Shown: positions 1 to 10,105 of the stretch, one piece after another
Layout of the letters: each line of letters opens with the position of its first letter
How positions within the stretch are numbered: the stretch's first letter is position 1
NCBI GenBank assembly: GCA_030648265.1
Contig: JAUSHX010000010.1
Location: 26,253-90,252, forward strand
Source: a bacterium
Lineage (GTDB): Bacteria; Patescibacteriota; Minisyncoccia; Phycocordibacterales; UBA2100
DNA length: 64,000 bases
Direction of reading: 5' to 3'
Translations under genes and position numbers: made by a program
The notes under the pieces: generated by a model
What the model was told of the DNA's origin: nothing
Databases searched by the model: none
The model's input: the letters and a program-made list of their open reading frames with translations, nothing else

Positions 1-103
1 AATTACAAGTTCTTTATCCCTTACCACTTTTGCCATCAGAAAGGCAAAAGTGGTAAGGGATATCAGATTTACTAAGCTCGCTACGCTCGTAACAAAAACT
101 AAC
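1..103 (+). repeat. Start-codon-abutting palindromic element E1 (5'-truncated by window edge), upstream of rplQ
   Basis: Perfect 20-bp stem 15-34/43-62 (TATCCCTTACCACTTTTGCC). Flanks AATTACAAGTTCTT and CTAAGCTCGCTACGCTCGTAACAAAAACTAAC-ATG are shared with the other copies. Confidence 0.85.
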
Positions 104-472
104 ATGAAGCACCACAAGAAAACGCGTACACTCGGACGAAAGACGGGGCAGCGTACGGCATTACTGCGAAGTTTGGCCCGCTCTCTCCTCCTTTCCGAGG
201 GAATAACAACGACTATCGCACGCGCTAAAGAACTGCGCCCATTCGTGGAAAAGATTATTTCAGCGAGCAAGCAAAACACCGTCGCCTCACGCCGCGAGAT
301 TTCTTCACGGTTGGGCGGGGCGGCAGATGTGGTACTCAAGTTGCACGGCGACCTTGCGCCCATGTTTAAAAACCGTGTCGGCGGTTATACCCGCATCATC
401 AGACTGGGAAGAGTGGGGAAGCGCGCCATTGAATCCGCCCGTATAGAGTTAGTCTCCGCCGATGAAAAATAA
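104..472 (+). CDS. rplQ: 50S ribosomal protein L17
   Basis: MKHHKKTRTLGR...R.ALLRSL...ITTT.ARAKELRP..EK...R.GGYTRIIRLG. ATG at 104. Confidence 0.95.
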   Translation: MKHHKKTRTLGRKTGQRTALLRSLARSLLLSEGITTTIARAKELRPFVEKIISASKQNTVASRREISSRLGGAADVVLKLHGDLAPMFKNRVGGYTRIIRLGRVGKRAIESARIELVSADEK

Positions 473-488
473 TTGAAGAAATAATTGT

Positions 489-845
489 ATGGCTACAAAA
501 TCCGAATATACTATAGATGCAGCAGGGAAAAGCTTGGGGCGTATTGCCTCTCAAGCGGCAAAGACGCTCATGGGCAAGACCGAAGCAGGCTATACGCCTA
601 ATATCGCATCACAGGTGCAGGTAACTGTTATAAATGCGGCAAAATTAATTAACACCGATAAGAAAAAGCTCGGCAAGAAATACACTTCGTATTCAGGTTA
701 TCCGGGAGGTTTGAAGACGGAGGCTCTCGGCAAGCTGCAGATACGCAAGAGCCACGCAGAACCGCTGCGCCGCGCGATAGAAAGAATGCTCCCGCGCAAT
801 ACGCTTCGTGTCGGCAGAATGAAAAACCTAAGGATTGTCGTGTAG
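489..845 (+). CDS. rplM: 50S ribosomal protein L13
   Basis: IDAAGKSLGRIAS...YTP...VINA...YSGYPGGLK...MLPRN. Directly upstream of rpsI. Confidence 0.95.
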   Translation: MATKSEYTIDAAGKSLGRIASQAAKTLMGKTEAGYTPNIASQVQVTVINAAKLINTDKKKLGKKYTSYSGYPGGLKTEALGKLQIRKSHAEPLRRAIERMLPRNTLRVGRMKNLRIVV

Positions 846-1038
846 AATTGGAGCGAAGCGAACAATTGTACACTTGAGAATCCTTATCCGACACCACTTT
901 TGAAACTTCAAAAAAATATGCAATACTATTACACTCAATCACTACCAGCATTTATTGGCAGGAACTGCCGGATATCAAAAGTGGTGTCGGATGTAAGAGC
1001 TTCTAAACTCATTATCATTCGTTAAGAATCTCTAACAT
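843..1038 (+). repeat. Palindromic element E2 filling the rplM-rpsI junction
   Basis: 18-bp stem 886-903/975-992 with a 71-nt loop. The 3' arm GTAAGAGCTTCTAAACTCATTATCATTCGTTAAGAATCTCTAAC is nearly identical to that of E3. Confidence 0.85.
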
Positions 1039-1434
1039 ATGGCAACCAAAGAACGATACGTTGAAGCGGTGGGACGAAGAAAGACGGCAAGTGCCCGCGC
1101 CCGTCTTACGCCCGCAAAGAGTTCTTCAATGACGGTGAACGGCAAAACCGCGGCGGAATATTTCCCGCTTGAGGCGCTTGTAAAAACAGCTTTTGAATCT
1201 CTCACCACGACCGGCTCCACCTACGCGGTTTCCGTACACGTTTCCGGCGGCGGACACAAAGGACAGGCAGTTGCAGTGCGCCACGCGATTTCCCGCGCAC
1301 TCACCGAAATAACTCCGGAATTCCGTAAAGACTTGAAACAAAGAGGATTTTTGAAACGCGACCCGAGAAAGAAAGAGCGCAAAAAGTTCGGCCTCAAGAA
1401 AGCCCGCCGTGCCCCACAGTGGTCAAAACGATAG
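1039..1434 (+). CDS. rpsI: 30S ribosomal protein S9
   Basis: GRRKTASAR...GGGHKGQ..AVRH.ISRAL...LKRDPRKKERKKFGLKKARRAPQWSKR. Confidence 0.97.
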   Translation: MATKERYVEAVGRRKTASARARLTPAKSSSMTVNGKTAAEYFPLEALVKTAFESLTTTGSTYAVSVHVSGGGHKGQAVAVRHAISRALTEITPEFRKDLKQRGFLKRDPRKKERKKFGLKKARRAPQWSKR

Positions 1435-1503
1435 TTTTTGTTTTGTATTTCCTGTTTCCGGATTTCCTGGCAGCTAGTCCCTAAAACCTAGAACCTATTT
1501 TTG

Positions 1504-1512
1504 TGTTATACT
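1504..1512 (+). promoter_or_regulatory. Extended -10 box (TG-T-TATACT), probable leaderless promoter of grpE
   Basis: TATACT at 1507-1512, 8 nt before ATG 1521. No Shine-Dalgarno motif. Confidence 0.55.
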
Positions 1513-1520
1513 CCCCATCC

Positions 1521-2120
1521 ATGAGTTTGAGTAAGAAAGATGAGAAAAAATCGGATTTAACTAAAAATCCAGAAGCAACACAGGTAGAAATCAAAGAAGG
1601 TGATTTTGAATTGGAAGGCGAGGAAAATGGTTCAGCAACTCTGGCAAATAAACTCAAGAAATTGAGAGCCGAGCTGGAAAAGTGCAAAGAAGAGAAGCGG
1701 GAATATCTTGTGGGCTGGCAGAGATGCAAGGCCGATTCCATAAACGCCCGTAAGGAAGCTGCGAGCATAGCCGAGCGGGTAGGAAATCGCGCGCGCGATT
1801 TTCTTGTTGAGGACATTATTCCCGCGCTTGACAGTTTTGACATGGCAATAGCGAGCGACGCATGGGCACAGATGGACGCAAATTGGAGGACAGGAATGGA
1901 AAATGTCCGCGCGCAACTTATTACGGCACTTCTAAATCAAGGGGTGACCGCCTACGCGGAAATTGGAGATGCTTTTGACCCGACACTCCATGAGGCAGTG
2001 CAAGAAATTGATGCGGATGGGGAGTCGGGCAGTGTTGCAAGAATCTTGCGGCGCGGTTACAAATCTGCGGGCAACATAATTCGCCCCGCACAGGTTGCGA
2101 TTGTCGCTCATAAAGAATAG
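1521..2120 (+). CDS. grpE: Nucleotide exchange factor GrpE
   Basis: WQR.KAD..N.RK, IIPALDSF, FDPTLHEAV, RRGYK...IRPAQV. Directly upstream of dnaK. Confidence 0.93.
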   Translation: MSLSKKDEKKSDLTKNPEATQVEIKEGDFELEGEENGSATLANKLKKLRAELEKCKEEKREYLVGWQRCKADSINARKEAASIAERVGNRARDFLVEDIIPALDSFDMAIASDAWAQMDANWRTGMENVRAQLITALLNQGVTAYAEIGDAFDPTLHEAVQEIDADGESGSVARILRRGYKSAGNIIRPAQVAIVAHKE

Positions 2121-2165
2121 AATGACTTTCTAGTTGACAAAATAACTCAGAGAATTTATGTATTC

Positions 2166-2276
2166 AGAAATTGTTATGAGCAGAGCAAATTACAAGTTCT
2201 TAACCCAGCACCTTTCGCGAAAGGTGCTGGGTGTAAGAGCTTCTAAACTCATTATCATTCATTAAGAATCTCTAAC
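2166..2276 (+). repeat. Palindromic element E3 upstream of dnaK
   Basis: AGAAATTGTTATGAGC...AATTACAAGTTCTTA, then stem ACCCAGCACCTTT 2203-2215/2220-2232, then the conserved 3' arm ending CTCTAAC-ATG. Confidence 0.88.
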
Positions 2277-4145
2277 ATGGGAAAAATAATTGGCATTGAC
2301 TTGGGAACGACGAACTCCGCAGTCGCAGTGGTGCGAAGCGGGGAACCGGAAATCATAGAGAACGCAGAGGGCGCGCGGACAACGCCGTCGGTAGTCGCAA
2401 TTTCAAAGACGGGAGAAAAGCTCGTAGGGCTTTTGGCGCGCAGACAGGGAGTTACCAACCCTAAAAATACGGTATACCAAATAAAGCGCTTTATCGGGCA
2501 TTCTTTTGACGAAAAAGCTGTTGAGAAAGACCGCGCAGCAGTGCCTTTTGAAATCCGGAAATCAGATAACGGGGGAATTGAAGTTCACATGGGCGAGAAA
2601 TGGTTCCGTCCCGAAGAAATCTCGGCGATGATTTTGCAGAAACTGAAACAGGATGCCGAGGCAAAGCTCGGTGAAACAATTACTGAAGCTGTCATTACCG
2701 TGCCCGCATACTTTAACGATGCTCAACGACAGGCTACGCGCGATGCGGGGAAAATCGCAGGACTGGACGTGAAGCGCATCATCAATGAGCCAACCGCGGC
2801 GGCGCTTGCTTACGGATTTAATAAGAAAAAGAATGAGAAAATCGTTGTATTTGATTTCGGCGGTGGAACCTTTGATATCTCTGTTCTGGAGGTTGGTGAT
2901 GACGTCATTGAGGTGCGTTCAACGGACGGCGACAGCCATCTAGGCGGAAAAGATATTGACCAGAAGATAATGACATGGATTGCGGATGAATTTAAAAAGG
3001 AATCCGGTATTGACGTGCGCAATGACCCTCTCGCGCGCCAGCGCCTTGATGAAGCGGCGGAAAAGGCAAAGATTGAGCTTTCCACGGCCAAAGAAACCGA
3101 GGTAAATATCCCTTTCATTACGTCCGACTCATCCGGTCCGCGCCACCTGCTCGTGAAAATGACACGGGCAAAATTGGAGGACCTTTCCGGTGAATTTATC
3201 CAGCAGGCGATGACAATCACGAATCGGGCAATGGACGCGTCTCCATTTAAGATAGGGGATTTGAATGAAGTGATTCTTGTGGGAGGACAAACGCGCATGC
3301 CGGCGCTCCAAAAAGCCGTTGAAGATTTCTTCCATAAGAAACCCAACATGACGGTAAATCCGGACGAAGTGGTCGCCATCGGTGCAGCCATCCAAGGTGG
3401 AATCCTTCAGGGAGACGTCAAAGATGTTCTCCTTCTGGACGTTATCCCTCTATCAATGGGAATAGAAACATTGGGAGGCGTCGCCACAAAGATAATAGAA
3501 CGCAATACGACAATCCCCACGTCACGTTCGCAGGTATTTTCCACTGCATCCGACAACCAACCATCTGTGGAAATTCACATTGTGCAGGGAGAAAGACCGA
3601 TGGCGGGAGACAACAAATCACTAGGAAGGTTTAACCTAGACGGAATACCTCCGGCTCCGCGCGGAATGCCCCAGGTTGAGGTCAAGTTTGATATAGATGC
3701 AAATGGTATTTTGAGCGTTACCGCAAAAGATAAGACTTCCGGAAAAGAGCAGTCAATCCGCATTGAAGCGCGCTCCGGCCTCACGGATGCCGAGGTTGAG
3801 AAAATGCGCAAAGATGCCGATGTTAACGCCGATGCCGACAAACAAAAACGCGAGCTCGTGGAGGCGCAAAATGCCGCGGACCAGATTCAGTACGCCGCGG
3901 AAAAAGCGCTTAAAGAACATGGTGAAAAGGTGAGCGAAGACATCCGAAAAAATGTAGAGGAGAAGATAGTGGCGCTTAAGACAGCGCGCGCGGGTACGGA
4001 CACTACTGCAATCAAAACCGCGTCCGATGCGCTCGGAACGGCCATGAGCGCGATTGGGGAGGCAATGTCAAAAAATCCCCCGCCACAGGAACCCCCACAG
4101 GGCGGAGAGCAGAAGCCGCCGGAAGAAACTCCGCCTCAAAAATAA
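2277..4145 (+). CDS. dnaK: Chaperone DnaK (Hsp70)
   Basis: [41 protein letters not shown] motifs. Confidence 0.98.
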   Translation: MGKIIGIDLGTTNSAVAVVRSGEPEIIENAEGARTTPSVVAISKTGEKLVGLLARRQGVTNPKNTVYQIKRFIGHSFDEKAVEKDRAAVPFEIRKSDNGGIEVHMGEKWFRPEEISAMILQKLKQDAEAKLGETITEAVITVPAYFNDAQRQATRDAGKIAGLDVKRIINEPTAAALAYGFNKKKNEKIVVFDFGGGTFDISVLEVGDDVIEVRSTDGDSHLGGKDIDQKIMTWIADEFKKESGIDVRNDPLARQRLDEAAEKAKIELSTAKETEVNIPFITSDSSGPRHLLVKMTRAKLEDLSGEFIQQAMTITNRAMDASPFKIGDLNEVILVGGQTRMPALQKAVEDFFHKKPNMTVNPDEVVAIGAAIQGGILQGDVKDVLLLDVIPLSMGIETLGGVATKIIERNTTIPTSRSQVFSTASDNQPSVEIHIVQGERPMAGDNKSLGRFNLDGIPPAPRGMPQVEVKFDIDANGILSVTAKDKTSGKEQSIRIEARSGLTDAEVEKMRKDADVNADADKQKRELVEAQNAADQIQYAAEKALKEHGEKVSEDIRKNVEEKIVALKTARAGTDTTAIKTASDALGTAMSAIGEAMSKNPPPQEPPQGGEQKPPEETPPQK

Positions 4146-4170
4146 AAAGTGTTCGGACAGCATATATGTG

Positions 4171-4200
4171 ACCATTAGTGTACATATGTACACTAATGGT
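4171..4200. repeat. Perfect 30-bp palindrome between dnaK and dnaJ
   Basis: ACCATTAGTGTACAT|ATGTACACTAATGGT is self-complementary with no loop. Confidence 0.85.
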
Positions 4201-4262
4201 AACTCGCGCTGACAACTTCATGAAAGACTTTTCTTTTGGAAACATTCGACTATAATCACCGT

Positions 4263-5342
4263 ATGAAGAATTACTACGATATACTTGGGATCACCAAGAC
4301 GGCAAGTGAGGAAGAAATAAAATCAGCATTCAGAAAACTCGCGCATAAATACCATCCCGATAAAAAAGGCGGGGATGAGAAGAAATTTAAAGAGGCGAGC
4401 GAGGCGTACGCGGTGCTTTCCGATAAGAAAAAGCGCGCGGAATACGATACGTATGGAAAAACATTCGCCGGTGGAGGCCAGCAGGCCGGCGGATTCGGAG
4501 GCGGATTCGATTTCTCTGATTTCGCGCAGGGGGGCGCGAACTTCGGCGATCAGGAGTTTGACCTCGGTGACATTTTCGGAGAATTTTTCGGAGGTAGTGC
4601 AAGAGGCACAGCGGGCAAAAGGCGAGGCCGCGACATTTCAGTAGACATTGAACTGCCGTTCCGCGAAGCGATATTCGGTACTGAACGCAGGATGCTAATC
4701 GCCAAAATGAGCGTGTGCGGAGCATGCGACGGCACGGGCGCCAAAAAGGGAACAAAGCGCACAACGTGCAGTTCGTGCAACGGCAAGGGTAACATTCGCG
4801 AAGCTCGAAATACGTTCTTTGGCAATTTCACAACGACGCGCACGTGCCCGCGCTGTTTAGGCCGCGGCGAGGTGCCGGAACACCAGTGCGACATCTGCAA
4901 GGGACAGGGCATCGCGAAGAGGGAAGAAGAAATCCATGTCATCGTTCCTGCCGGAGTATCAGACGGTGAAATGATACGCATGCCAGGGAAAGGCGAGGCC
5001 GCAGCAGGAGGAGTCGCCGGCGATCTCTATGTCAAACTGCATGTCAAGGCCGACAGGGCATTTACCCGCGAAGGAAACAATCTTTTGACGGTTCTTCATC
5101 TGAAGCTTACCGATGCGCTCTTGGGCGGTGAATTTAAGGTTGAGACGCTTGACGGCCCGCTCTCTGTCAGCGTCCCGCAGGGTGTCGCACACGGAGAACT
5201 TCTGCGTGTGCGTGAGCGCGGGGTCCCGCACGGCAGGGGCTCGCGCGGGGATTTATTGGTGCGGGTTGATATCCAATTTCCGAAGAAACTCTCGCGCACG
5301 GCGAGCGAACTTATTGCGCAACTGCGCAAGGAGGGGCTGTAA
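4263..5342 (+). CDS. dnaJ: Chaperone DnaJ
   Basis: J-domain with HPD, G/F region, four CxxCxGxG repeats. ATG 4263 is preceded by TATAAT at 4251-4256. Confidence 0.97.
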   Translation: MKNYYDILGITKTASEEEIKSAFRKLAHKYHPDKKGGDEKKFKEASEAYAVLSDKKKRAEYDTYGKTFAGGGQQAGGFGGGFDFSDFAQGGANFGDQEFDLGDIFGEFFGGSARGTAGKRRGRDISVDIELPFREAIFGTERRMLIAKMSVCGACDGTGAKKGTKRTTCSSCNGKGNIREARNTFFGNFTTTRTCPRCLGRGEVPEHQCDICKGQGIAKREEEIHVIVPAGVSDGEMIRMPGKGEAAAGGVAGDLYVKLHVKADRAFTREGNNLLTVLHLKLTDALLGGEFKVETLDGPLSVSVPQGVAHGELLRVRERGVPHGRGSRGDLLVRVDIQFPKKLSRTASELIAQLRKEGL

Positions 5343-5408
5343 GACTAGGGGCTAGGTTTTAGGGGATAGGGTATAGTAACACTTGAATCAAAATGGTTCA
5401 TCACGAAC

Positions 5409-5894
5409 ATGGCTCCAATAAATGTTTTCTTCAGCCACATTCCAATAGATTGGATAATAATTGCTGTTTTTGCGATTATTGTTGCATTTGACGCAATGCG
5501 CTCCGGGTCTGGAAGAGCCACCTCTTTTGCGTTATCTCTACCGGCCACTCTTTTTATCGTCGCGGAACTTCCTCATGCAAAGTTCTTGTCTGGTGTCACT
5601 GAACAATTCACATCGTCCGTCCTTAAGGCTCTTCTTTTCGGGATTGTTTTTGTCGTCACATACATACTTGTGCGCAGAATGAGCGCTCCTGATGCAACCG
5701 ACAGCGGGCAAATCATACAGGCCATCGTGGCGGGTATTGCCGCAACTGCTGTCGCAATAGTAGTATGGTTGCAAGTTCCGGAGCTTCAATCAGTCTGGCA
5801 CTTCGGCGCGCAGATACAGGCGATTTTCGGCGAGGCATATCGCTTTTGGTGGATAGCCGGCTCATTCGCCGCACTTGCGTTTGTGAGAGATTAA
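5409..5894 (+). CDS. Hypothetical membrane protein (about 4-5 TM)
   Basis: 161-aa ORF with hydrophobic segments; no recognisable motif. Confidence 0.7.
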   Translation: MAPINVFFSHIPIDWIIIAVFAIIVAFDAMRSGSGRATSFALSLPATLFIVAELPHAKFLSGVTEQFTSSVLKALLFGIVFVVTYILVRRMSAPDATDSGQIIQAIVAGIAATAVAIVVWLQVPELQSVWHFGAQIQAIFGEAYRFWWIAGSFAALAFVRD

Positions 5895-5976
5895 AAAAAT
5901 GGCCACCCCCCTTGCGAGAAGTGGCCATCTAGTCGTTTACCGGTCGCACTTGATGGCGACATCAGTATAGTGTGCG

Positions 5977-7008
5977 TCAGAACCGGAAATATGCGAGCGA
6001 GAACGACATTCCCGCTGAGGCAACCGCGGCGAGAACTCGCATTCCACGGCGGAGTGAACCATCTTTCAGTGCGAGTGCCATCGCCGCCGGAATCGCCGCC
6101 GATACGACATTTCCGCAACTCGCGTAGATGTCGTATATCTTGTTGCCAAGTCCCATTTGTGTAGCGGCCTCCGCCCAGTCGCTCTTTGAAGAGCTATGGG
6201 TAAACAAGATGTCCACGTCCTCGGCTTTTATTCCGAACTTTTGGAACTCCTCCACGATAAAGGGAAGTCCGTAAAGTCGCAGTTCGGCCCCGTAGGAAGT
6301 AAACAGCCCTGGTCCGTCCTTGGCAATGCGTGGTGAGGATATTGGATGAGCACCGTACCACGGAGGCGTGATTGTGCATAAATCGAACAAATCATTCTGC
6401 GTCGTGTTTGAATGAAGCCAGGGATTTGAGTCCTGCACAAGAATCGTCGCCGTCGCCGCTTCTCCGATGGTGAGCGTCGGGAAACGCCATTCAAGTTGCT
6501 CGCGCGACGAAAACTTGAAGAGTTTAGCGAGGGTGTCGCTGTGCGTCAGACTAAACTCCTGGTTTACAATCATTACCCGCCGATAGCCCCCGATATTCAT
6601 CAGCGCCTCTGCCACCTTAGCAGCCTTCATCCACCCGTCGCATGCTTCTTTTAAATCGAAGCATTCAACGGTGTTTAGGCCAAGTTCGTGGGCAACAAGA
6701 TTGGCTGTTGATGGCTCGACGAGCTCGGAGTGCACTCCAGCGACAATTAGAAGGTCGATTTTGTTGTCATCGACCAACTTGTCCATCGCCTCCTTACTTG
6801 CCTGGACGGTGAGTCCAAGTGATGACTCATTGTGTCCAAGCCACATGCGAGTATCCGAACCACTGCCTTTTAATAGCCGTTCAATGAGCCTTAGAGTGGC
6901 TGGCAAATTGTCCGAAAATTCATCGCTTCTGGAACTAATTTCCTGGAGCACGTCGTGATTCGTAACCTTCCTGGAGGGAAGGGCCACTGCCACACTCTCG
7001 ACTTTCAT
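5977..7008 (-). CDS. 3-oxoacyl-ACP synthase III / OleA-like condensing enzyme (thiolase fold)
   Basis: ELVEPSTA, FDLKEACDGW (Cys), FTHSSS (His), CGNVVSA (Asn), SAGMS. SD-like AAGGAG upstream. Confidence 0.8.
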   Translation of the reverse strand: MKVESVAVALPSRKVTNHDVLQEISSRSDEFSDNLPATLRLIERLLKGSGSDTRMWLGHNESSLGLTVQASKEAMDKLVDDNKIDLLIVAGVHSELVEPSTANLVAHELGLNTVECFDLKEACDGWMKAAKVAEALMNIGGYRRVMIVNQEFSLTHSDTLAKLFKFSSREQLEWRFPTLTIGEAATATILVQDSNPWLHSNTTQNDLFDLCTITPPWYGAHPISSPRIAKDGPGLFTSYGAELRLYGLPFIVEEFQKFGIKAEDVDILFTHSSSKSDWAEAATQMGLGNKIYDIYASCGNVVSAAIPAAMALALKDGSLRRGMRVLAAVASAGMSFSLAYFRF

Positions 7009-7153
7009 GCTATCTCCTTACGCGGCTCTGGCCGCTCAAATGCTACACTATGAATGCCCCTGCGGGCCTACTGCGATAATGCCATGACTAAGCGATCAAG
7101 TCAAACGAACATTTAGTACGTGATACCATAACAAGACATTGTATTAGGAATAT

Positions 7154-8743
7154 ATGCTTAGCGTCACAAACAGCCTGCTTGCCATGACAGCTCTTTTTAA
7201 CTTAGGGCTGATGGTGCTGATTCTGCGCGGAAGCGGGGGAAAACCGACAAATCTATTCTTCAGCATTTTCTTAAGCGCGCTGTCTCTTTGGGCGCTTGCC
7301 CTTATAGGGTTTGAACTGGCTCTGTCCGACCAATTAGCTCTCATCTTCGGCAAAATCACTTATGCCGCAGCCCTCACAGTCGGAATGAGTTTCTACTTGT
7401 TCTCAATCGCTTTTCCTGAAGAGAGCATGCCGAGCAAATATACATTGTCTATAACTATATGTTCGTCAATTCTTTACATATTGGCGCTTTTTATACCATC
7501 GTTTTTGGCACGTAGTTTGCATGTGTACTCCTGGGGCAGGCAGATTGAACTTGGTATTCCCGAATATCTATTATTTGCTTTTATGTTCGTATCTTTTTAT
7601 GTAGGAGGACTTATCCGCACATGGACGAAGTACTTTTACGCTAAAGGAATCACGCGTTTACAGCTTCTGGTTATCTCACTCAGCGTGACTATAACCGGAC
7701 TCGGTGGAATGTATTACAACCTCGTGCTTGCATCTCCCTTCCTGCGAGACTATAGCTACTTGTGGACAGGACCGCTCTTCACCACCTCAATCGCGGTATT
7801 AATAACATATTCCGTATTTCGCTTGAAATTGTTCAACGCAAAAGTCATAGTAACTGAGCTCCTCATTTCGCTTCTTTGGATCGTTACTTTTTTGAGAACG
7901 ATGTTGGCAGTGGACCGGCAAGAACAATTATTCAACGCCCTTTTATTCTTCCTCTCTCTCATCATCGGCGCCCTGCTCATTAGGAGTGTTCGGCGTGAAG
8001 TTGCACAGCGCGAACTGATTCAAAAACAGGAGCAGGAATTGGAGGTGGTGAATCACCAACAGGAAGGGCTTTTACACTTCATCAGCCATGAGGTAAAGGG
8101 GTATCTCACGAAGAACGAAGCGGGGTTTGCCGCAATTACAGAAGGTGATTACGGGGCTGTCTCTGAACCATTGAAAACAATGGCGGCTTCGGCGCTTGTA
8201 GACACGCGCAGGGGGGTGGAGACTGTTATGGACATACTTGACGCATCCAATTTGAAAAAGGGAACTGTCGCATACGACAAAAAAGCTTTCAATCTTTCTT
8301 CCGCAATTCAGGATGTCGTGAATTCTCTCAAACCAATGGCACAGGAAAAAAGAATCTCTCTAGAATATACAAACGGCACGGGCGGTCCGGCAACAATCAA
8401 TGGAGATGAGAACAAATTACGCCGGCACGTAATACGGAACTTGATAGACAATTCTATCCGTTACACGCCTTCCGGAAACGTGAGCGTAGAGCTAACCAAA
8501 AATGGTTCTGCACTCCGAATGACCGTTACAGATACCGGCGTCGGCATTTCTCCGGAAGATATGCAAAAGTTATTTACGGAAGGCGGCCACGGCTCCGATT
8601 CAATAAAAGTAAACGTGCACTCAACCGGATACGGACTTTACATCGCCAAATCAATCGTGGAAGCGCACGGAGGCAAAATCTGGGCCGAATCGGATGGGAA
8701 GGCCAGAGGTTCAAGGTTTATTGTTGAACTTCCTGCCGTGTAG
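7154..8743 (+). CDS. Orphan sensor histidine kinase with multi-TM N-terminal region (HisKA_7TM-like)
   Basis: About 8-9 TM helices, H-box SHEVKGYL, N-box NLIDNSIRY, G1 DTGVGI, G2 TGYGLY. Confidence 0.9.
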   Translation: MLSVTNSLLAMTALFNLGLMVLILRGSGGKPTNLFFSIFLSALSLWALALIGFELALSDQLALIFGKITYAAALTVGMSFYLFSIAFPEESMPSKYTLSITICSSILYILALFIPSFLARSLHVYSWGRQIELGIPEYLLFAFMFVSFYVGGLIRTWTKYFYAKGITRLQLLVISLSVTITGLGGMYYNLVLASPFLRDYSYLWTGPLFTTSIAVLITYSVFRLKLFNAKVIVTELLISLLWIVTFLRTMLAVDRQEQLFNALLFFLSLIIGALLIRSVRREVAQRELIQKQEQELEVVNHQQEGLLHFISHEVKGYLTKNEAGFAAITEGDYGAVSEPLKTMAASALVDTRRGVETVMDILDASNLKKGTVAYDKKAFNLSSAIQDVVNSLKPMAQEKRISLEYTNGTGGPATINGDENKLRRHVIRNLIDNSIRYTPSGNVSVELTKNGSALRMTVTDTGVGISPEDMQKLFTEGGHGSDSIKVNVHSTGYGLYIAKSIVEAHGGKIWAESDGKARGSRFIVELPAV

Positions 8744-8756
8744 TACAATCGACCTT

Positions 8757-9092
8757 ATGTTGAAAGATACAGACATCAAGAAACTGAAAGCTGTCTTTCC
8801 GACGAAAAAGGACATCCGCGGCATAGTTCAGCAAGAACTGAAAGGGACTGATGCGCGTTTTGATAGGATTGAGACCGTTGTCGTAAGTACTAATCAGCAC
8901 ATAAGTGTGCTTGTATCACGAATCGACAGTATGGAAGAAACGCTTGAACGACTGGTGCAGGGCGTAGACAAACTCGTTACGGAATTTCAGGAGCTCCGCC
9001 GAGAATATGCTGCGATGAGCGAGCAGTTAACACGCCATGAGCGTTGGATTAAACAAATCGCAAGAAAAGCTGGCGTCGTGCTTGCAGAATAA
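8757..9092 (+). CDS. Hypothetical coiled-coil protein
   Basis: ATG 8757 follows TACAAT at 8744-8749; heptad-rich sequence. Confidence 0.65.
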   Translation: MLKDTDIKKLKAVFPTKKDIRGIVQQELKGTDARFDRIETVVVSTNQHISVLVSRIDSMEETLERLVQGVDKLVTEFQELRREYAAMSEQLTRHERWIKQIARKAGVVLAE

Positions 9093-9154
9093 ACCCTGGC
9101 AACAGATACTCTCCACAGTTTAGAACTGGCCTTATTTTCTGGTATATTTAACCG

Positions 9155-10096
9155 ATGCAAAAGAAACGACTTTTCACTGGTCTTCAGCCCTCCGGCGATC
9201 TCCACATAGGCAACTACTTGGGCGCGCTTCGGCCATTCGTATCTATGTATGGAGAGTACGAGAGCATGCTCATGGTTGCTGATTACCACGCGCTCACAAC
9301 GCTTAAAGACGCGCCGGAACTCCGCGAAAACATACTGAATGCTGTCAGGGATTATCTCGCTATCGGGGTGGACCCGAAGCGCGCGACTATTTTCCAGCAG
9401 TCCGCTGTTCCTGCGCACACGGAGCTCGCATGGATACTGGAGTGCATGGTTACAGTCCCATTTCTCATGCAAGCGCACGCATATAAAGACAAGGTATCAA
9501 AGGGGCTTGATGCGAACGCAGGTCTTTTTGCATACCCAATGCTCATGGCGGCCGATATCCTCATGTACGACACCGACGTGGTTCCTGTGGGGCAGGACCA
9601 GAAACAGCACGTTGAGTACGCGCGCGAGGCGGCCTCGAAATTCAACAAGGCTTACGGAGACACTTTCAAAGAGCCAAGGGAACAAATCCTCCATCCGGTT
9701 GCCGTGCCGGGTACAGACGGCAGGAAAATGAGCAAGAGCTATGGCAACACCATTCCGCTTTTTGGAACAAGGGATGAGATTCAAAAGGCCGTGATGAGCA
9801 TTCTTACCGATTCAAAAGGGGAAAGCCCCGAAAACGTGTATGCAATTCATCGGCTTGTAAAGGACGAGACAGAAATTGCATCGCTCTATAAAACAAACAA
9901 AGGGAAGTACAAGGTCGTGAAGGATGCTCTTGCCTCCGACATTGAAGCTCTCGTGGCGCCTATGCGGGAACGACGCGGGTCAATCAGCGATGCGGACGTC
10001 ATTCGTATCTTGAAAGGGGGTAAAGAGAAAGCTCGCGAACAGGCAGAGGCAAAGATGCTGGTTGTCAGGCAAAAAGTCGGCGTTTCAATCTCGTAA
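9155..10096 (+). CDS. trpS: Tryptophan--tRNA ligase
   Basis: GLQPSG.LHIGNY, YPMLMAADIL, VPVG.DQKQH.E, KMSKS. Confidence 0.96.
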   Translation: MQKKRLFTGLQPSGDLHIGNYLGALRPFVSMYGEYESMLMVADYHALTTLKDAPELRENILNAVRDYLAIGVDPKRATIFQQSAVPAHTELAWILECMVTVPFLMQAHAYKDKVSKGLDANAGLFAYPMLMAADILMYDTDVVPVGQDQKQHVEYAREAASKFNKAYGDTFKEPREQILHPVAVPGTDGRKMSKSYGNTIPLFGTRDEIQKAVMSILTDSKGESPENVYAIHRLVKDETEIASLYKTNKGKYKVVKDALASDIEALVAPMRERRGSISDADVIRILKGGKEKAREQAEAKMLVVRQKVGVSIS

Positions 10097-10105
10097 ATAC
10101 TACGT

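Noticed and set aside
2270-2276. CTAAC before ATG resembling a spliceosomal branch point
   Set aside because: Bacterial context, no splice-site consensus, and variants CTAAT and CTAAG occur in E7 and E8.
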